Origin: Dirinaria sp. TL-2023a
Taxonomy: Eukaryota
NCBI GenBank assembly: GCA_051941275.1
Contig: JAVEBF010000060.1
Location: 1 to 36,821, forward strand
DNA length: 36,821 nucleotides
Reading direction: 5' to 3'
In this document: positions 12,145-24,007 of the stretch, one piece after another
Numbering within the stretch: the stretch's first letter is position 1
Layout of the letters: each line of letters starts with the position of its first letter
Position numbers and translations under genes: made by a program
Notes under the pieces: model-generated
Told to the model about the DNA's origin: nothing
What the model saw: only the letters and a program-made list of their open reading frames with translations
Databases searched by the model: none

Positions 12145-13912
12145 ATGCCCGCGCAAACAATCCCTTCCATTCCCTCCAAGAACTGCATAGCGCAGACCAT
12201 TCGCAAATTAAAAAGCCGTTCCAATTTTTCTCAACATGAGATCAATGTTGCCAGTCCTGGCTTGTGTGGTATGACAGTGGAATCGCTTTCATGCATGGCT
12301 TGGAAGCTGACAGGATACAGACGATATCATACGGCGCCTGGCACCATCACTGTCGGCTCATACTGGATGTACGATTATAGACATCAATCCTGGGCCAGGT
12401 CTCTTGTCTTCCAAGATCCATGAGCTACTCAAACCCAGAAGCCACATTTTAGTGGAGCCTATTCGAGACTACCACCAGCCCTTTCTCCAACCGCTTGCGG
12501 ACGCGCCTGGTTCCAGATACCATTTGAGGGGTTGGGACTATGGCGATGCCGTCCGAATCCGATCCTACCTGGATGAAGGACTTTTGAGTAATGAACAGCA
12601 TGATCACGGCGACGCTTTGGCGTTCACGAAACCAAATAACTCGATTTTGTTAATAGCAAACATGGCACGTGCTAAGCTCCCGTACAGTGGGATAGCTAGT
12701 GGTTCCAAGACTTCTCACTTCAGGGCTCTTAGCTTTGTCAATGCTCTTCGCAAAGGCACGGAATTACACTCTCAGGGGCCCATTCGCATGTTGATGTGGC
12801 TGGCTGAGGCTGAAAAAACGTCTATACTTCCCAGGACCGTGGCTTTACGGAGGAAGACAGCCCTACAAGTCGAGACTTATTTCCATGTGGAAGAAATAGT
12901 GGGCATTGGGAAACGTCTCCAAGTTCATCGAGAGGACAGGTTAGAGTATGAGAGCGGTAGAGCGGTGGCGCATCGCATGGAGAAAGCAGGCATCGATATA
13001 CCCTCACACCGTCAAGATGAAGTGCAAAAGGAGATCCAAAAGGCTATGTCTAGTCCGGGGGTCGATGTACCAATAGCAGCAGCCGAGCTCTCGCGCGATT
13101 GGAAGAAAGAACTGCAACAACTGCAGGAGGAGTTTGACCAGGGTAAATTTTCGCAGTTCGAAGGAGGTCCTGTAGGTCCGAATGAAGTTCGTAGGTATAA
13201 GAGCTATCCTCGAAACGGCCTCACTGCAAAATATTTGCGCCTCAGAGAATTACGTCATAACAGAAAAGACACCAGTAAGCAGCTAGCTGAAGTTGAGGGT
13301 CTTCTACAAGAAGAAGCGAAAATAGACAGATTGGACGACCAGCTTCTGCATCTAGACCTGGACCCTGAAGCACGTAGCGCCAAAATTATAAAACGAGACC
13401 GCATTGCTAGCAGCCTACAGGCGAGTTTGGAAAACACTCAACCCAAAATTGCTGCGCGATTCAATTTTCTTGGGGACGACCGACGTGCATTTGCCCTTGA
13501 ACCCCCCCTGTTGATGTGGGATCGCCGAGGAGCAGAGCCGCTCATGGCGCAAGATGACGAGTTTTTTCCCAATCATAATCTCGCGCTCCTCGACTTTCAA
13601 CCTCGAGTCCCTTTGCAGTACCCGCTTACCGCAACACAGACCATTTACTTCGACTATATATGCCAACTTTTACTTAACAATGGCAATCAAACAGTGAAGA
13701 ACCTTGCGCATGCGGCGCCCGGAGCCTTCGAAGCCTTAACACCACAAGTTCCTGCGTTGCGAGATCCTCGCAAAGGGGGGCGCTTCAACTTGGAAAATTT
13801 CCGAGTCAGAAACTTGACGCCGGAGATGGTATATGAGCTAGCTCTGGCCTGGGAGAAATGGCCTTTTAGGCCTCCCATCTCTGATTTGATGGGAGAGGCT
13901 TTCTTACGATGA
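12145..13912 (+). CDS. MTF1: Mitochondrial transcription factor Mtf1 (rRNA adenine dimethylase-like fold), ~571 aa; exons 12145-12268, 12321-13912
   Basis: The spliced junction gives SPGLCDDIIRRLAPSL..GCTIIDINPGPGLLSSKIHELLKPRSHILVEP (SAM-binding-like motif). Also NNSILLIAN, IRMLMW, LLMWDRRGAEPL and WEKWPFRP, typical of Pezizomycotina Mtf1. The start codon is uncertain. Confidence 0.85.
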
Positions 13913-14617
13913 CTCACAGCTCGAAGCTTGTGTCCTATGTATTCCGACGTCGCTCGTAGTGATTTGTACCTCTCCAAATCATCGCAATCTGGGTGGCCTG
14001 ATTGGAGTCTCACTCGATCAAAGGACGTAGAACTATTTCTACTGATCGAAACTCGTAGTAGGCTACCGTGGCTCTCTGTCTACCGGAGAAGCCTCTGACG
14101 AGCCTGTGTTAAAAAGCCGTGATGGATTTCATCCGTGGTGTACCTCAAACATTCCAGCTGAGACCGTATCGTACGGCTTGTCTCTGCCGTGATAAGAGGC
14201 AACGCTTTGCATCGTGCGTGGTGGGGAAATATTTCACCCCCCGGGCTCAGGCAGATATCGCGCAAAAAATACATATTGCTGCGGCATATCACCCGCATGT
14301 TCAAGCCATCATTGCGCAAACATACCAAATTGTTAATTGAGTCGATAGACCAGGGCTCTCGTTTCCATACTGTGTGCTGGACACCGGTGTTTCGATACCA
14401 AGTTCTTTTCATCTACGAAGAGCGTTTCATAGTCCCGAAGCATAGCAAAGGTAGCCGAACAGAAGTACAGCATATAATAAACAGCTAATCCTAACGCTTT
14501 CCCTAGCTCAGGCCTACGAACCCAAGCTCATGAGCACAGAAGCAGAAAATGCAAAAGCGTACATGACGTAGCAAGCCTCGTGGGAACGCCTGGTGATACT
14601 TTTTTAAAATCGTGCGA

Positions 14618-17600
14618 TCATACTTGCGATACGTTGTGTGTTCTCTTTCGCACAATCAACCGCGCTTTTAGTGCTTCAATAACCTCCTGGCCGATCCATC
14701 CCCACTTCATATCACTCCTGCTTTCAAATTCCGCCCACGCAAAGAGAATTCTCAAGTTCCATAGTCTCTCAATTTTTCCACTTTCAAGACATGCTTTTTC
14801 GAGCACCAACCGGTCATCGATAACGGTGCCTCGTGTAACCCTGTAAACTGTGCTTGCCAGGTCAGGCGGTAAAACAAGGGCCCGCTCGGCTCTATCGAAA
14901 CCCTCAAACGTGGGCAATGTGAAAATCCATTCAAAGATGTGCCTCCCAAGGCGATGAGCCGACTGGACGTCATTCAGCGCTTGTGTGGTGGCACCGAAAA
15001 TGGAGACCTGGGCATTGTAGATGGCGCGCTGACGAACGTAGATGCTCTGATGACGCTTGAACGATCGCTGATGCGCCGGATTTCCTGCGAGATCAACGGT
15101 AACAATCCAGTATTCCGGGTCGTTGGTCTCAATCTTCGCGATGGTGTCGAGCTCAGGAAGAAGACAAGGCGCACTTTTGGCAATCTCCGAACCCTCTTTG
15201 AGCGTGACAATCACAGGAAGCGAGAGGAGCCGCCTCGTATCGATATCATAGACGACGAGACAGCGCGGCTCAGCTGCCAGGACCCAGAAATGCCGGAATG
15301 CTTGAAGATGGGATTTGTTGTCAAGGACAGTGGTAGGGAAGAGAGGATACAAGGCGCAGAGGAGTGAGGCAATCGCGATGTTAGATGTACTGAAGGTGTG
15401 AGTTCCGCCACCCAAAAATAACATACCAAGTGCAAGGTGAGTAGCCAGATGGCTTCCGTATGGTACATCAACTTCTGTTCGGCCATGAAGAGACCGCAAA
15501 CGGCGGAAGAGCTGTAAATCTCCAGTACCAGCCATGACACAAGCTATAGCAAGAGCCACAACGTCCTGACAATTTCGTACGGTAATGCGCGTTAATTTAT
15601 TATCATAGTTCAGCACCGGAAGTCTACATATTCTCATAAACTGGTCGAGATAGTGGCAGAGTAGGTTCCTCACATCGATGGACCCCGTACCCGCGAAGCG
15701 AAACCCAATGCTCAAGCAAAGACCCGCAATAATATTGAAGAAGGGCAGGTCTTCACTATTCAAAGAGCGGATGATGATCAATTTAAATTTGTACTGATAG
15801 ATCGACGGTAATTGCTTCTTCATCCAAGCATGTGTAGCACGAATATTGTACCACATGATAAGGTGGCGAGCGACTGTGCGCAGCAGGAACAAATCAGGCC
15901 GGACATAATCAAATTGATGGACGGTATCTGGCACATCGACCCTTCGTGCGAGAGCAGCATCTTGAGTCTTCATGAAAATAAGCGCAATGGCGACTGTAGC
16001 TGCAGCTGTGGCTTTGTCAAGAATATGTACTAGGTTCACTTTCTTCGTGCCAACAGCCAGAACCAGCAAACGCTCGACGATGCGCATGTCGTGCAAACCC
16101 TTCAGATCCTTACCTCGGCCTAGGTTTATGTAGCCAAGGGCAAAACCGGCAGCCAATCTGTAACCCTCATCTCGTAGGCTATCTTGTGGGCTTGAATTGT
16201 CATCTTGGTCGAGATTCTCCATCTCAGAGAGCATGATCTCACTCATTCTACGGTGCTGGGAGTTGCAATATAGAAGGCCTATGCCCATAATACCACTCGT
16301 CTGCGTCAATAGAGAGAGGTTAAGTTCTGCGGCTCCAGGAGGAAGCATTCGCGTCACGTGCACCGAAAGCAGACGAGTGACTAGGGTGTTCATTGTACCT
16401 AGGTAAGAAGCCGCAAGACCCAGCAGAAGCCCGATAGAAGTCATGGTGTGTTTCGGCGTCAAATACTTGAACGCAACCCATTTAGCAATAGCTTTCAGGT
16501 GGCCATTCAGTCCAAGAGCAAGCAGAAAGCCAGCGTGCCTATTCTTAAGCTCCGAGGGTTTGTTGAAAATGATCCAAGATGTATCAACACCCTTGGCGCT
16601 TGTTGCAATACTCAGACCCGCTTCCACTCCAGCATGAAAGAAAGCCCAAGAAACTTTCTCTTCTGTGTATGCTACCTTGTCTGCTGTGACAGTTGTGTTC
16701 GATGGCTGCATGACACAGCTAAGTGTGAAACCATGAATTGGAAATTTCTCCGTCAACAAAGGCAGCCGAGCATTGTAAAAAAGACAGCTTCGGCCCGTCG
16801 ATACTGCAAGGGTCCGCATAGCAATCGCTTTCGCCAATTCTTGTTGAGCTTCGAGCAGCTCCGTGTCTGACCAATCTGGTTCTGGGATGCATTGAGCTAC
16901 GGGGGCATGCAAGGGATGGAGAAGCTTGCTGGCTTCTGCAAAGCGTTGATCGTCTTTGAAAAGTATTCTTGTAATAGACTGTCTGTCTACTTCGGCTGAC
17001 CCATCGTATGCTCCAATCGTTTCAACTTCGGTCGTAGAATTACAGATCGTGTGAATATCCCGTGTGCCCTCACTGGTGAGCGGCATAATTGACTTACCAT
17101 GGAATGCATCTAGAGACACCTTACTGTCCAGCACACTCACATCATCTCTGCCTATCATCTCCAGCGTATCCTTTCCAAGGGACGGCGACGGCCGGGCTTG
17201 ACAGAACGAAAGTGCAGCTCGATAGCGGACTGCTAAACTTTCTGGAAGCGTCTCTAATGATGACAATTTTAAGCCCCAGGAAGACATCTCCAAAACAAGA
17301 GCAAGCACGCTCTCGTTTGCGCTGGAGGTCAGAAGGCTGATGGTCATTGTCGTTCTTGGTGTCAGTGCCATCAGCAGTCTATTGGAGGAACCTTTATGAC
17401 TTGACCATCTTTCAGAGCCGTCAGGGTGACCAACTAGATTAAGTAGAGTGACAAATGGCTGCGGCATAGATTTTGAAGTCACTGTCTGAATGAACTGCAG
17501 TATTGAGGGGGGGGGGAAGGGCTCTGCCGGCTTTTCGAGATCTTGAACAGCAGAATCGTCAAATAACCAGTAGTCCATTTCGATATTTTCCAGCGTATAA

Positions 17601-20600
17601 CTTGCAGAACCCCTGAATCCCCATGACGGCCACTTAAGCCAACCACCGAGCTGTGTCAAGATCGGAGTCATTCTATGAAGGAGATCTGACGATAGGGTGT
17701 TCAGCTTGAACTCTTCCCGAAGCAGATGTAGCCCAATCAGCAGCGTTGCGAGCGTCATTCGTACGGAGTCAGCTGAGGAGTCGATGGGTATCTGACCACT
17801 TCCAGTCTGCGTGGACGTGTCCAAGGACTGTTTGAATTCCCGCGCTAGAGATACACAGTTGGCCAGATATGAAGATTTTTTCTGTGTTGGAAGTGTACCA
17901 GGAAGGATCGAATTACTACTTCGGCCACGTACTGCCTTTTTTGAAGTGTTAGTTTGCGGTCGTGGCGATGAACGTTCGTGGATTATAGCCCAATTCCAAG
18001 CTTCGCTCTTCATCCACGCCGGCCAGATACTGCAAGGGTTACACTCTTCAATCAGCATGGCCTCCCAGCTCTCAAGGTTAGTGTTTGCGCCGCTACTGGA
18101 TCGCAACAGACCGCTTTTGCGCTTTTTCTGTCTAGTTGTGGTCTCTGAACGCTGGTCCGCTATAGAAGCCACCGCCATGGAGAACAAGCAAAGAACAAAA
18201 GCCGTCCACTCAGGATCGACTTCATCTTCCGCCCTTCTTCGTAACCAGGAAAGGGCGCTCCACCAGCCATGTAATATTTGACCACCGCATTGTCCGAAAT
18301 AGGATAAAATCGAGTCGCACAAATCTATCATCTTGCTCACAGCATAATTGCGTGGCAAGAGCTGTATCTCAATGCGGTGCCTAGTGCCTTTAGTGTCTAC
18401 TAGATCAACTTCATTTCGCTGGCCGCTGTGCTCGAGCCCAATCAGCGTTTGAGGACCCTGACTGATGACGCGTCTGAAGCCACCTTCGCGCGTCTGCTTT
18501 GAAGGAACGTTATTGGCTATTTGAAAAGGGTTGTAAACGTTAAGCCTTGTTGGTAGTTGAATGCTGAACGATGTTGCCCACGGAGCCTGTAAAGACAGGA
18601 GGGGGCTCCCATCAGCACTGTTGTCAAGCACAAGCATTCGACTGCAATCGCCGTCGCGAATTGTGCAAGCGTCCACAGGATTATCTTGTTGGCTAATATT
18701 CACTACGCGGATTCTTGGATCATCATACAGCCTGGTGGATGCCTCAGGTGGTCCTTCAGATCCAGTACCGGGAGCCGCTGAAGGTTCGTTTGCAATATCA
18801 AGCGTTAATGTTGTAAGGCTGCCAGCGTCTGGATGAAGTACAGACAAAAAGCAACGAGAGTGTTCAGCCTCGGATCCTGTCTTACGATTAGGAGATCTCA
18901 GCACAAAGACTTTTGGACGTGTGAAAGAGTTCGTGGATTTCTTGTCATTCAAGCGATTCAGACTTCTGTACGGAAGCACTTGGATCTTGCTCATGGCTAG
19001 ATCAACACGCAAATCTTCGAATCCGCCATCGAAGCTCAATCCTTTCATCTCTGCGCCTAGTTCATCACCGTCGGAGGTTTCAAATATCGGCTTATTTTGG
19101 GGCTCCACGGCTTCGGGAGGCTCTATGCTCGATCGTAGTCCATGGGATACTTTCGCGCGAGCCAGAGCGATGTCGTTCTCAAAACCGTGAACCAGTCGTA
19201 CGCTACTTCGCCCAAACGACGTGCTGCGTTGGCCATTGCTGAACGACGGGTGACCAATTGCAAAATCAGTGAAAAGCGTCTTTTCATAAGTCGTCGATAA
19301 GTCTCCTCGCGCCAGTATAGAACTAACACGTCGCGAGCGAACTGTAGCATTTGTATCCTCTAGAGCTGAGTCGAGGTGTGAGACCAAATCCTTATCGGTC
19401 TCGTTGAAGCTGTCATCAGATAAAACGTCTCTGTTTTGAGTCGCCCTTGATCTAACCGCACCAAGGCTGTCCCTCCCATTGCTGACATTTCGCGCCACGG
19501 GAGTGTTAGCTCCGGTGCTCGTACCCCGAACATACGAGCTGCGCCGCCTCGAGACACTGGAACTAAGACTTAAAAGGTCGCGAGGCTTTGGTTTCCTCGA
19601 GGATTCGTGGATGATATACCGAACCGACCATATAGAAAAATCTTTCGATTCTTGGTTTTGAGTCACGGCCAAAAGGAGCGGCGGCGCCGCTGGGGAACCC
19701 ATTCCAGTTTCCTTGAGTTCATCGCTTGATGAGATGTAAATTATTTGTTCCTTGGGATCAACCGCATCATAGAGAGACAGTGCTGAGAGATGGCGACGGG
19801 ACGACGCTCTGGCAACCGGCGTCTTCTGCGCTACAACCGTACGCACCTCAGTTAAGGGATCAGCCAGACAGTACAGCCGTGGGACGGTCGTTTCTAAAGT
19901 GCAATCACGCGCTTGGCGCAAAATGTGACTCAGTGAAGGCACATGTGGATCTTCTAAGGCCGAGCTTGTCTGCAAGTCTGCTAAGGTAGTCTGACCTTGT
20001 GAGCTAGGTATAAAGCTCGAGCAAGCTCCCTGTGAAAATGCAAAGGAGTTTGGCGGTACAGCTGGTATTGTAGGAGATCTAGGTAACATGGGTTGATAGG
20101 ATACTCGTCTCTGTAATAAGATCCCGTGAGGTAATGGATGTATCTTATCCACCTCGAATGGCAAATGGACAGTGTAACTGGTACCTGACAAAAAGAAAAT
20201 GTGGGCTTGAGTTCTGAGAATAACCACGAGCGCTCGACTAATAAACCTTTTATGTTGGTCAATAGCACCGTTGGTAAATGGAGGATAGACCACTGTGGGA
20301 TCTTCATTGATGTCAGCTGGAGCGTCCACGCCATGTTGATTACGCCCATCAATTCGACCACGAAAAGGCGACTTGAATCTTGATGCATCCGAGGTAGAAT
20401 CATGTTCTCTACTGGTAAAGAAATGGGTGAATGTTGCTTGGCTAACAGCCTCGCCTTCGATATCAAAGCGAAACGCTCTTTGTACAACGCCGCCGCGCGA
20501 CCAGATCACGCAGTGCTGCGTGCTGAGTAGCTCCTCTTCCTCGTATCCCCCTTCATCATCACCTCCGGTCGTGCCAGCTCTCAACGGATTACTCTGTACG

Positions 20601-20710
20601 GTTTGCCATTTGTAGAGATTCTCAGAGGGTTCAGGGGGAAGAACACCTTCGGAAATCAGGTAAGCAATGGCAGAAGGCTTGTGAATGCCCAAAGAGATTA
20701 CGGAAGCCAT
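14618..20710 (-). CDS. APC1: Anaphase-promoting complex subunit 1 (BimE/Apc1), 2030 aa, single exon
   Basis: Start reassigned to ATG 20710 (MASVISLGIHKP). Motifs EEELLSTQHCVIWSRGG, WAFFHAGVEAGL, HAGFLLALGLNGHL, PC repeats (EGYRLAAGFALGYINLG), YGSHLATHLALGMLFLGGG and HLQAFRHFWVLAAEPRCL. Confidence 0.97.
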   Translation of the reverse strand: MASVISLGIHKPSAIAYLISEGVLPPEPSENLYKWQTVQSNPLRAGTTGGDDEGGYEEEELLSTQHCVIWSRGGVVQRAFRFDIEGEAVSQATFTHFFTSREHDSTSDASRFKSPFRGRIDGRNQHGVDAPADINEDPTVVYPPFTNGAIDQHKRFISRALVVILRTQAHIFFLSGTSYTVHLPFEVDKIHPLPHGILLQRRVSYQPMLPRSPTIPAVPPNSFAFSQGACSSFIPSSQGQTTLADLQTSSALEDPHVPSLSHILRQARDCTLETTVPRLYCLADPLTEVRTVVAQKTPVARASSRRHLSALSLYDAVDPKEQIIYISSSDELKETGMGSPAAPPLLLAVTQNQESKDFSIWSVRYIIHESSRKPKPRDLLSLSSSVSRRRSSYVRGTSTGANTPVARNVSNGRDSLGAVRSRATQNRDVLSDDSFNETDKDLVSHLDSALEDTNATVRSRRVSSILARGDLSTTYEKTLFTDFAIGHPSFSNGQRSTSFGRSSVRLVHGFENDIALARAKVSHGLRSSIEPPEAVEPQNKPIFETSDGDELGAEMKGLSFDGGFEDLRVDLAMSKIQVLPYRSLNRLNDKKSTNSFTRPKVFVLRSPNRKTGSEAEHSRCFLSVLHPDAGSLTTLTLDIANEPSAAPGTGSEGPPEASTRLYDDPRIRVVNISQQDNPVDACTIRDGDCSRMLVLDNSADGSPLLSLQAPWATSFSIQLPTRLNVYNPFQIANNVPSKQTREGGFRRVISQGPQTLIGLEHSGQRNEVDLVDTKGTRHRIEIQLLPRNYAVSKMIDLCDSILSYFGQCGGQILHGWWSALSWLRRRAEDEVDPEWTAFVLCLFSMAVASIADQRSETTTRQKKRKSGLLRSSSGANTNLESWEAMLIEECNPCSIWPAWMKSEAWNWAIIHERSSPRPQTNTSKKAVRGRSSNSILPGTLPTQKKSSYLANCVSLAREFKQSLDTSTQTGSGQIPIDSSADSVRMTLATLLIGLHLLREEFKLNTLSSDLLHRMTPILTQLGGWLKWPSWGFRGSASYTLENIEMDYWLFDDSAVQDLEKPAEPFPPPSILQFIQTVTSKSMPQPFVTLLNLVGHPDGSERWSSHKGSSNRLLMALTPRTTMTISLLTSSANESVLALVLEMSSWGLKLSSLETLPESLAVRYRAALSFCQARPSPSLGKDTLEMIGRDDVSVLDSKVSLDAFHGKSIMPLTSEGTRDIHTICNSTTEVETIGAYDGSAEVDRQSITRILFKDDQRFAEASKLLHPLHAPVAQCIPEPDWSDTELLEAQQELAKAIAMRTLAVSTGRSCLFYNARLPLLTEKFPIHGFTLSCVMQPSNTTVTADKVAYTEEKVSWAFFHAGVEAGLSIATSAKGVDTSWIIFNKPSELKNRHAGFLLALGLNGHLKAIAKWVAFKYLTPKHTMTSIGLLLGLAASYLGTMNTLVTRLLSVHVTRMLPPGAAELNLSLLTQTSGIMGIGLLYCNSQHRRMSEIMLSEMENLDQDDNSSPQDSLRDEGYRLAAGFALGYINLGRGKDLKGLHDMRIVERLLVLAVGTKKVNLVHILDKATAAATVAIALIFMKTQDAALARRVDVPDTVHQFDYVRPDLFLLRTVARHLIMWYNIRATHAWMKKQLPSIYQYKFKLIIIRSLNSEDLPFFNIIAGLCLSIGFRFAGTGSIDVRNLLCHYLDQFMRICRLPVLNYDNKLTRITVRNCQDVVALAIACVMAGTGDLQLFRRLRSLHGRTEVDVPYGSHLATHLALGMLFLGGGTHTFSTSNIAIASLLCALYPLFPTTVLDNKSHLQAFRHFWVLAAEPRCLVVYDIDTRRLLSLPVIVTLKEGSEIAKSAPCLLPELDTIAKIETNDPEYWIVTVDLAGNPAHQRSFKRHQSIYVRQRAIYNAQVSIFGATTQALNDVQSAHRLGRHIFEWIFTLPTFEGFDRAERALVLPPDLASTVYRVTRGTVIDDRLVLEKACLESGKIERLWNLRILFAWAEFESRSDMKWGWIGQEVIEALKARLIVRKRTHNVSQV

Positions 20711-20814
20711 GAGTTCATCACCATACTTCCACACGTACTGTGCGGTCAGGATCCACCTAGTTTGTAAAGCTTGTCAAATTTTTCCCTAGGGATAACAGTA
20801 AATATGACAGCATC

Positions 20815-20826
20815 TACGCGACGCGT
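20815..20826. promoter_or_regulatory. Tandem MCB-like element in the APC1/NUP37 divergent promoter
   Basis: TACGCGACGCGT about 105 bp upstream of the APC1 ATG; its first 11 nt are the exact reverse complement of 9013-9023 in the POL2 promoter. Confidence 0.55.
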
Positions 20827-21256
20827 GTGATGAAGAAGGCGCGAGGGAATGGGCAACGACTTCGGCTTTAAATGAAGCACCTTAGTCCAAGTGTTGAAGT
20901 ATGATAAAGTAGATGTTTATCGGAGGCGCGAATTTATGATCTCATCATCACCTTTCTATCTTTTTGAAACTAAGTCGAAGCTGAGTCGAGACGTGCAATT
21001 CGAATCATACCGCAAAAACCCCTAACTGAGCCCTACATCTTAGGTCTTATTTCACTTGTTGTGATAAGATACCCTAAAGTACATATTAGGTGACTAAGTA
21101 TAAGTGGGAGGGTTACTTACAGCAAGGAAGGTACCAATATTTGTACCTCGTTCCTACCTACATCGCATCTGAAAGACAGATTTGCGTTGTAAATTACATT
21201 ACTATTCGATCAAAGCATAAGGCGTCCACGCCAGCCATTCTGCATGGCTTGAAGGC

Positions 21257-23267
21257 ATGAATCCGAAAGCCCGGCGACGCGGCAGCTTAATTCAGCTAAG
21301 GTTGATCGATATCTAGAGCTCCCGAATGTCGATGCTGACAATTTGACAATAGCTTTGACCTACCACATCGTATTCACGTCACCCACCAATATCCTGTATC
21401 TGCTCCCAATGGCTCGAGTGTCATCGTTTACGGTCACGAAGATGGTCTCTCACTGCTTTGGAGAGGGGGCCGGCCGTTTAGACCTATCCAAAGGGGACGG
21501 TCAACTCATGTACCTCCTCTAAAGACCAATGGCACAAACCCTCAGGAGGACTTTTCGCTCGAATCAAAATCTGATGAAGGATCGGCCAATTCTGCGCAGT
21601 CACACTTAGACGAACAGATCACTAGGGATCAACAAATCGGATGTGATCCGTTACAGCCTTACGAACAAGGAACGCAAGTGCTAAATCTTCCTTTGGGTAC
21701 TGGTGTTCTGCATTTGGCTTTTCCCCATCTACGTCCAGATTTGCAAAAAAGCAACTTGGGGTCTTTACCGAAGATGCTGCTGGACAGATTGGTACTGGTC
21801 ATTGGATGTACAGACTGTAGCGTACGACTGATCACGATACCGCTCACGCCGCCGACTTCAGAGACCAAAAGTAGACTTGAATCCAGAACTAGAACCCTTG
21901 GAGGATACGCCGGAAACGGCGTCTTTCAGGAGCAGATGCTCACGTTTGACGGTAGAACAGGGCACCGAACAATTCCAGGTGGTGTTTCACTTGCATTGAC
22001 AATGCATTCGACCTGTACCACACAGGATACTTCGATGAACGATGCAGCCGATCAAGATACCATGGTTTCTGACACGAGCCCACCAGCTCAGATGCGTACC
22101 TATCCTGGAGAAGAAATGCACGAAAACAAGAGCATGTGGTATCTTCTGGTAGCATCGCATTCGAACGAATCATCAGGAATGTTGATAGTCAACCGCGTTC
22201 CAGTATTATCAGATGGTAGCGGCATCGACGTGGAGCATTCCATAATCAATGTTCCTTGGCGGAAGCAGTATCTGTCCTCACCCGCCGTCTTCATCCAGTT
22301 TAATACGCTGCTTTACCCTTCTGCTCGTCACTTGCAACTCCTTCTTGCAGATGTAAAGGGAACCGTGCGTATTTACGATTGTCGACCTAATCCGGAGGTG
22401 GATCCAGGAGCATGGCTAATCGAGCTATATACTGAGTGGGGGTCCCCTACCGATGAAATCCCCAGGCGCAAGCAAATCTTGGCAGCGCAATGGGTACTGG
22501 GAGGTAAGGCAATTGCGGTACTTCTGGCCAATGGGGAGTGGGGAATCTGGGACTTGGAAGGTAGCGGGCCTAGGGCCCAACGCAACAAAGATCTACGGCA
22601 GTCTGATCCTGGCGTGGACTTAACTAAATTTGCAATCAGCGGTCGGGTCCGCACCTCATCTAGCGCCAAAGAGTCTGTCAGGGGTACAGCAGGGAGCGAA
22701 AGAACATCATGTCTTGCGCCTATGACGCCTGGTACACGCAAGGTCCGGCAGGAAACGCTGTTCACTAGCCCTGCTCTGGAAGCTGAGGGGCCCATACGTG
22801 GAGGGTTTGCTGCGACTGCATGCGCTGAAGGGCCGAGCAATCGGGCAGACGACGAAAGCCTACTACTATGGTACGGTGAATCCATATCGACTATTCCAAG
22901 CCTTCTAAGGTACTGGCAAATGAAGGTCCAAAGTTCTGGCAACTTGTTAGGCAACGGTGTCAAAACTGAGGCAAAACACCTTAACAACGTTGAGCTAGGT
23001 GGTCAACTATGGAATAACGTGACACTGATGTCTCAAAGCCCTGCGTCAATGCACGGCACAAATAGCGGCAGTGGCAACCAAAATAGCGTATTAGTCGCAG
23101 GAGAGTACCGGCTCGTCATTATCACTACGCCGCTGGCTGAACTCTCGGTATCAATCAAGCCGAAGCCGTCAACTCGAGCAGCAGCCCACGATCAAGCACT
23201 ACTGAGAAAGGGCGAGCTTGACGTGAATGGTATTAATGACGTACTTGACAACATGGTCAATGGGTAG
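21257..23267 (+). CDS. NUP37: Nucleoporin Nup37-like WD40 beta-propeller protein, ~652 aa; exons 21257-21300, 21353-23267
   Basis: The spliced N-terminus MNPKARRRGSLIQLSFDLPHRIHVTHQYPVSAPNGSSVIVYGHEDGLSLLWRGGRPF resembles Pezizomycotina Nup37. WD-like motifs LLLADVKGTVRIYD and LLANGEWGIWD; LAPMTPGTRK and GELDVNGINDVLDNM are conserved-looking segments. Confidence 0.8.
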
Positions 23268-24007
23268 CAGTCGACAAAGTTCTCGGGTTCCCAATAAAAC
23301 AGAAATTGACTGGGACGCTCAATGTCATGGTCAGTTGGCTTTGCGCGTTCAATTCATGCTGCGTTTATGTACCACTACATCCATCTTCGGCGAGTAGATA
23401 ACCAGGGTGTTTGAACAAGGAGGAGACTTCCCCTATGTTGATCTATCTTCCTTCGCAGATTCGCACGACATTGGCTTCCCAGATGCTGTCCCAATTTGAA
23501 ATGCCGCAGGTACAAGGTTGAGCGTTGGGAAGATCAATCCCCTTGGCTCAGTATATCCTGCGAGACATCGACATGCGATACTCATGCTGTCCGCAACGGC
23601 ACAACCGTATCGGGACGCATGCCGGTTAGGAGTAAATCGCTGCGCATTCCTCCTTTGTCACATCCCAGTGGCGGCCCCTGTCGAGTATGGAGCTTGCCAC
23701 AAGTCAGGAAACTCTTCAGGGTAGATACGAGGCGCGACATCGTTGAAACACTGCTGGAAGGCTTTTCTCCCGGATTTCACGCCATCTTTTTCGCACCATT
23801 CTTCTCGCACCTGCAGGACCTGAAGAATGTCTTAGTCTTTGAATTTAATCGCCTGTGCTTGCTCTACATCTATATGCTAATGGCTGCCGGTGGTGTCCCA
23901 CGGCTTGGATGGCTGATAACTCGGTAGTCAAACACGGATGCTGGCTCCTCGGAATAGTCCCCCATATTCATTTCGATCCAACTTGCACACGTAGTAACAA
24001 TTATGGC

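Noticed and set aside
14080..14488. Short ORFs between MTF1 and APC1
   Set aside because: Overlapping 73-110 aa frames on both strands with no motifs or coherent splice model; probably 3' UTR/terminator region.
17506..17516. G homopolymer run inside APC1
   Set aside because: It encodes the PFPPPS segment on the minus strand with the frame intact; no frameshift.
20711..20734. GTG-initiated extension MWKYGDEL of APC1
   Set aside because: Eukaryotic gene; the ATG at 20710 gives the family-typical MASV.SLG start.
20787..20798. TAGGGATAACAG, the first 12 nt of the I-SceI site / conserved LSU rRNA motif
   Set aside because: The match stops after 12-13 nt (no GGTAAT) and the flanks show no rRNA similarity; most likely chance, noticed post hoc.
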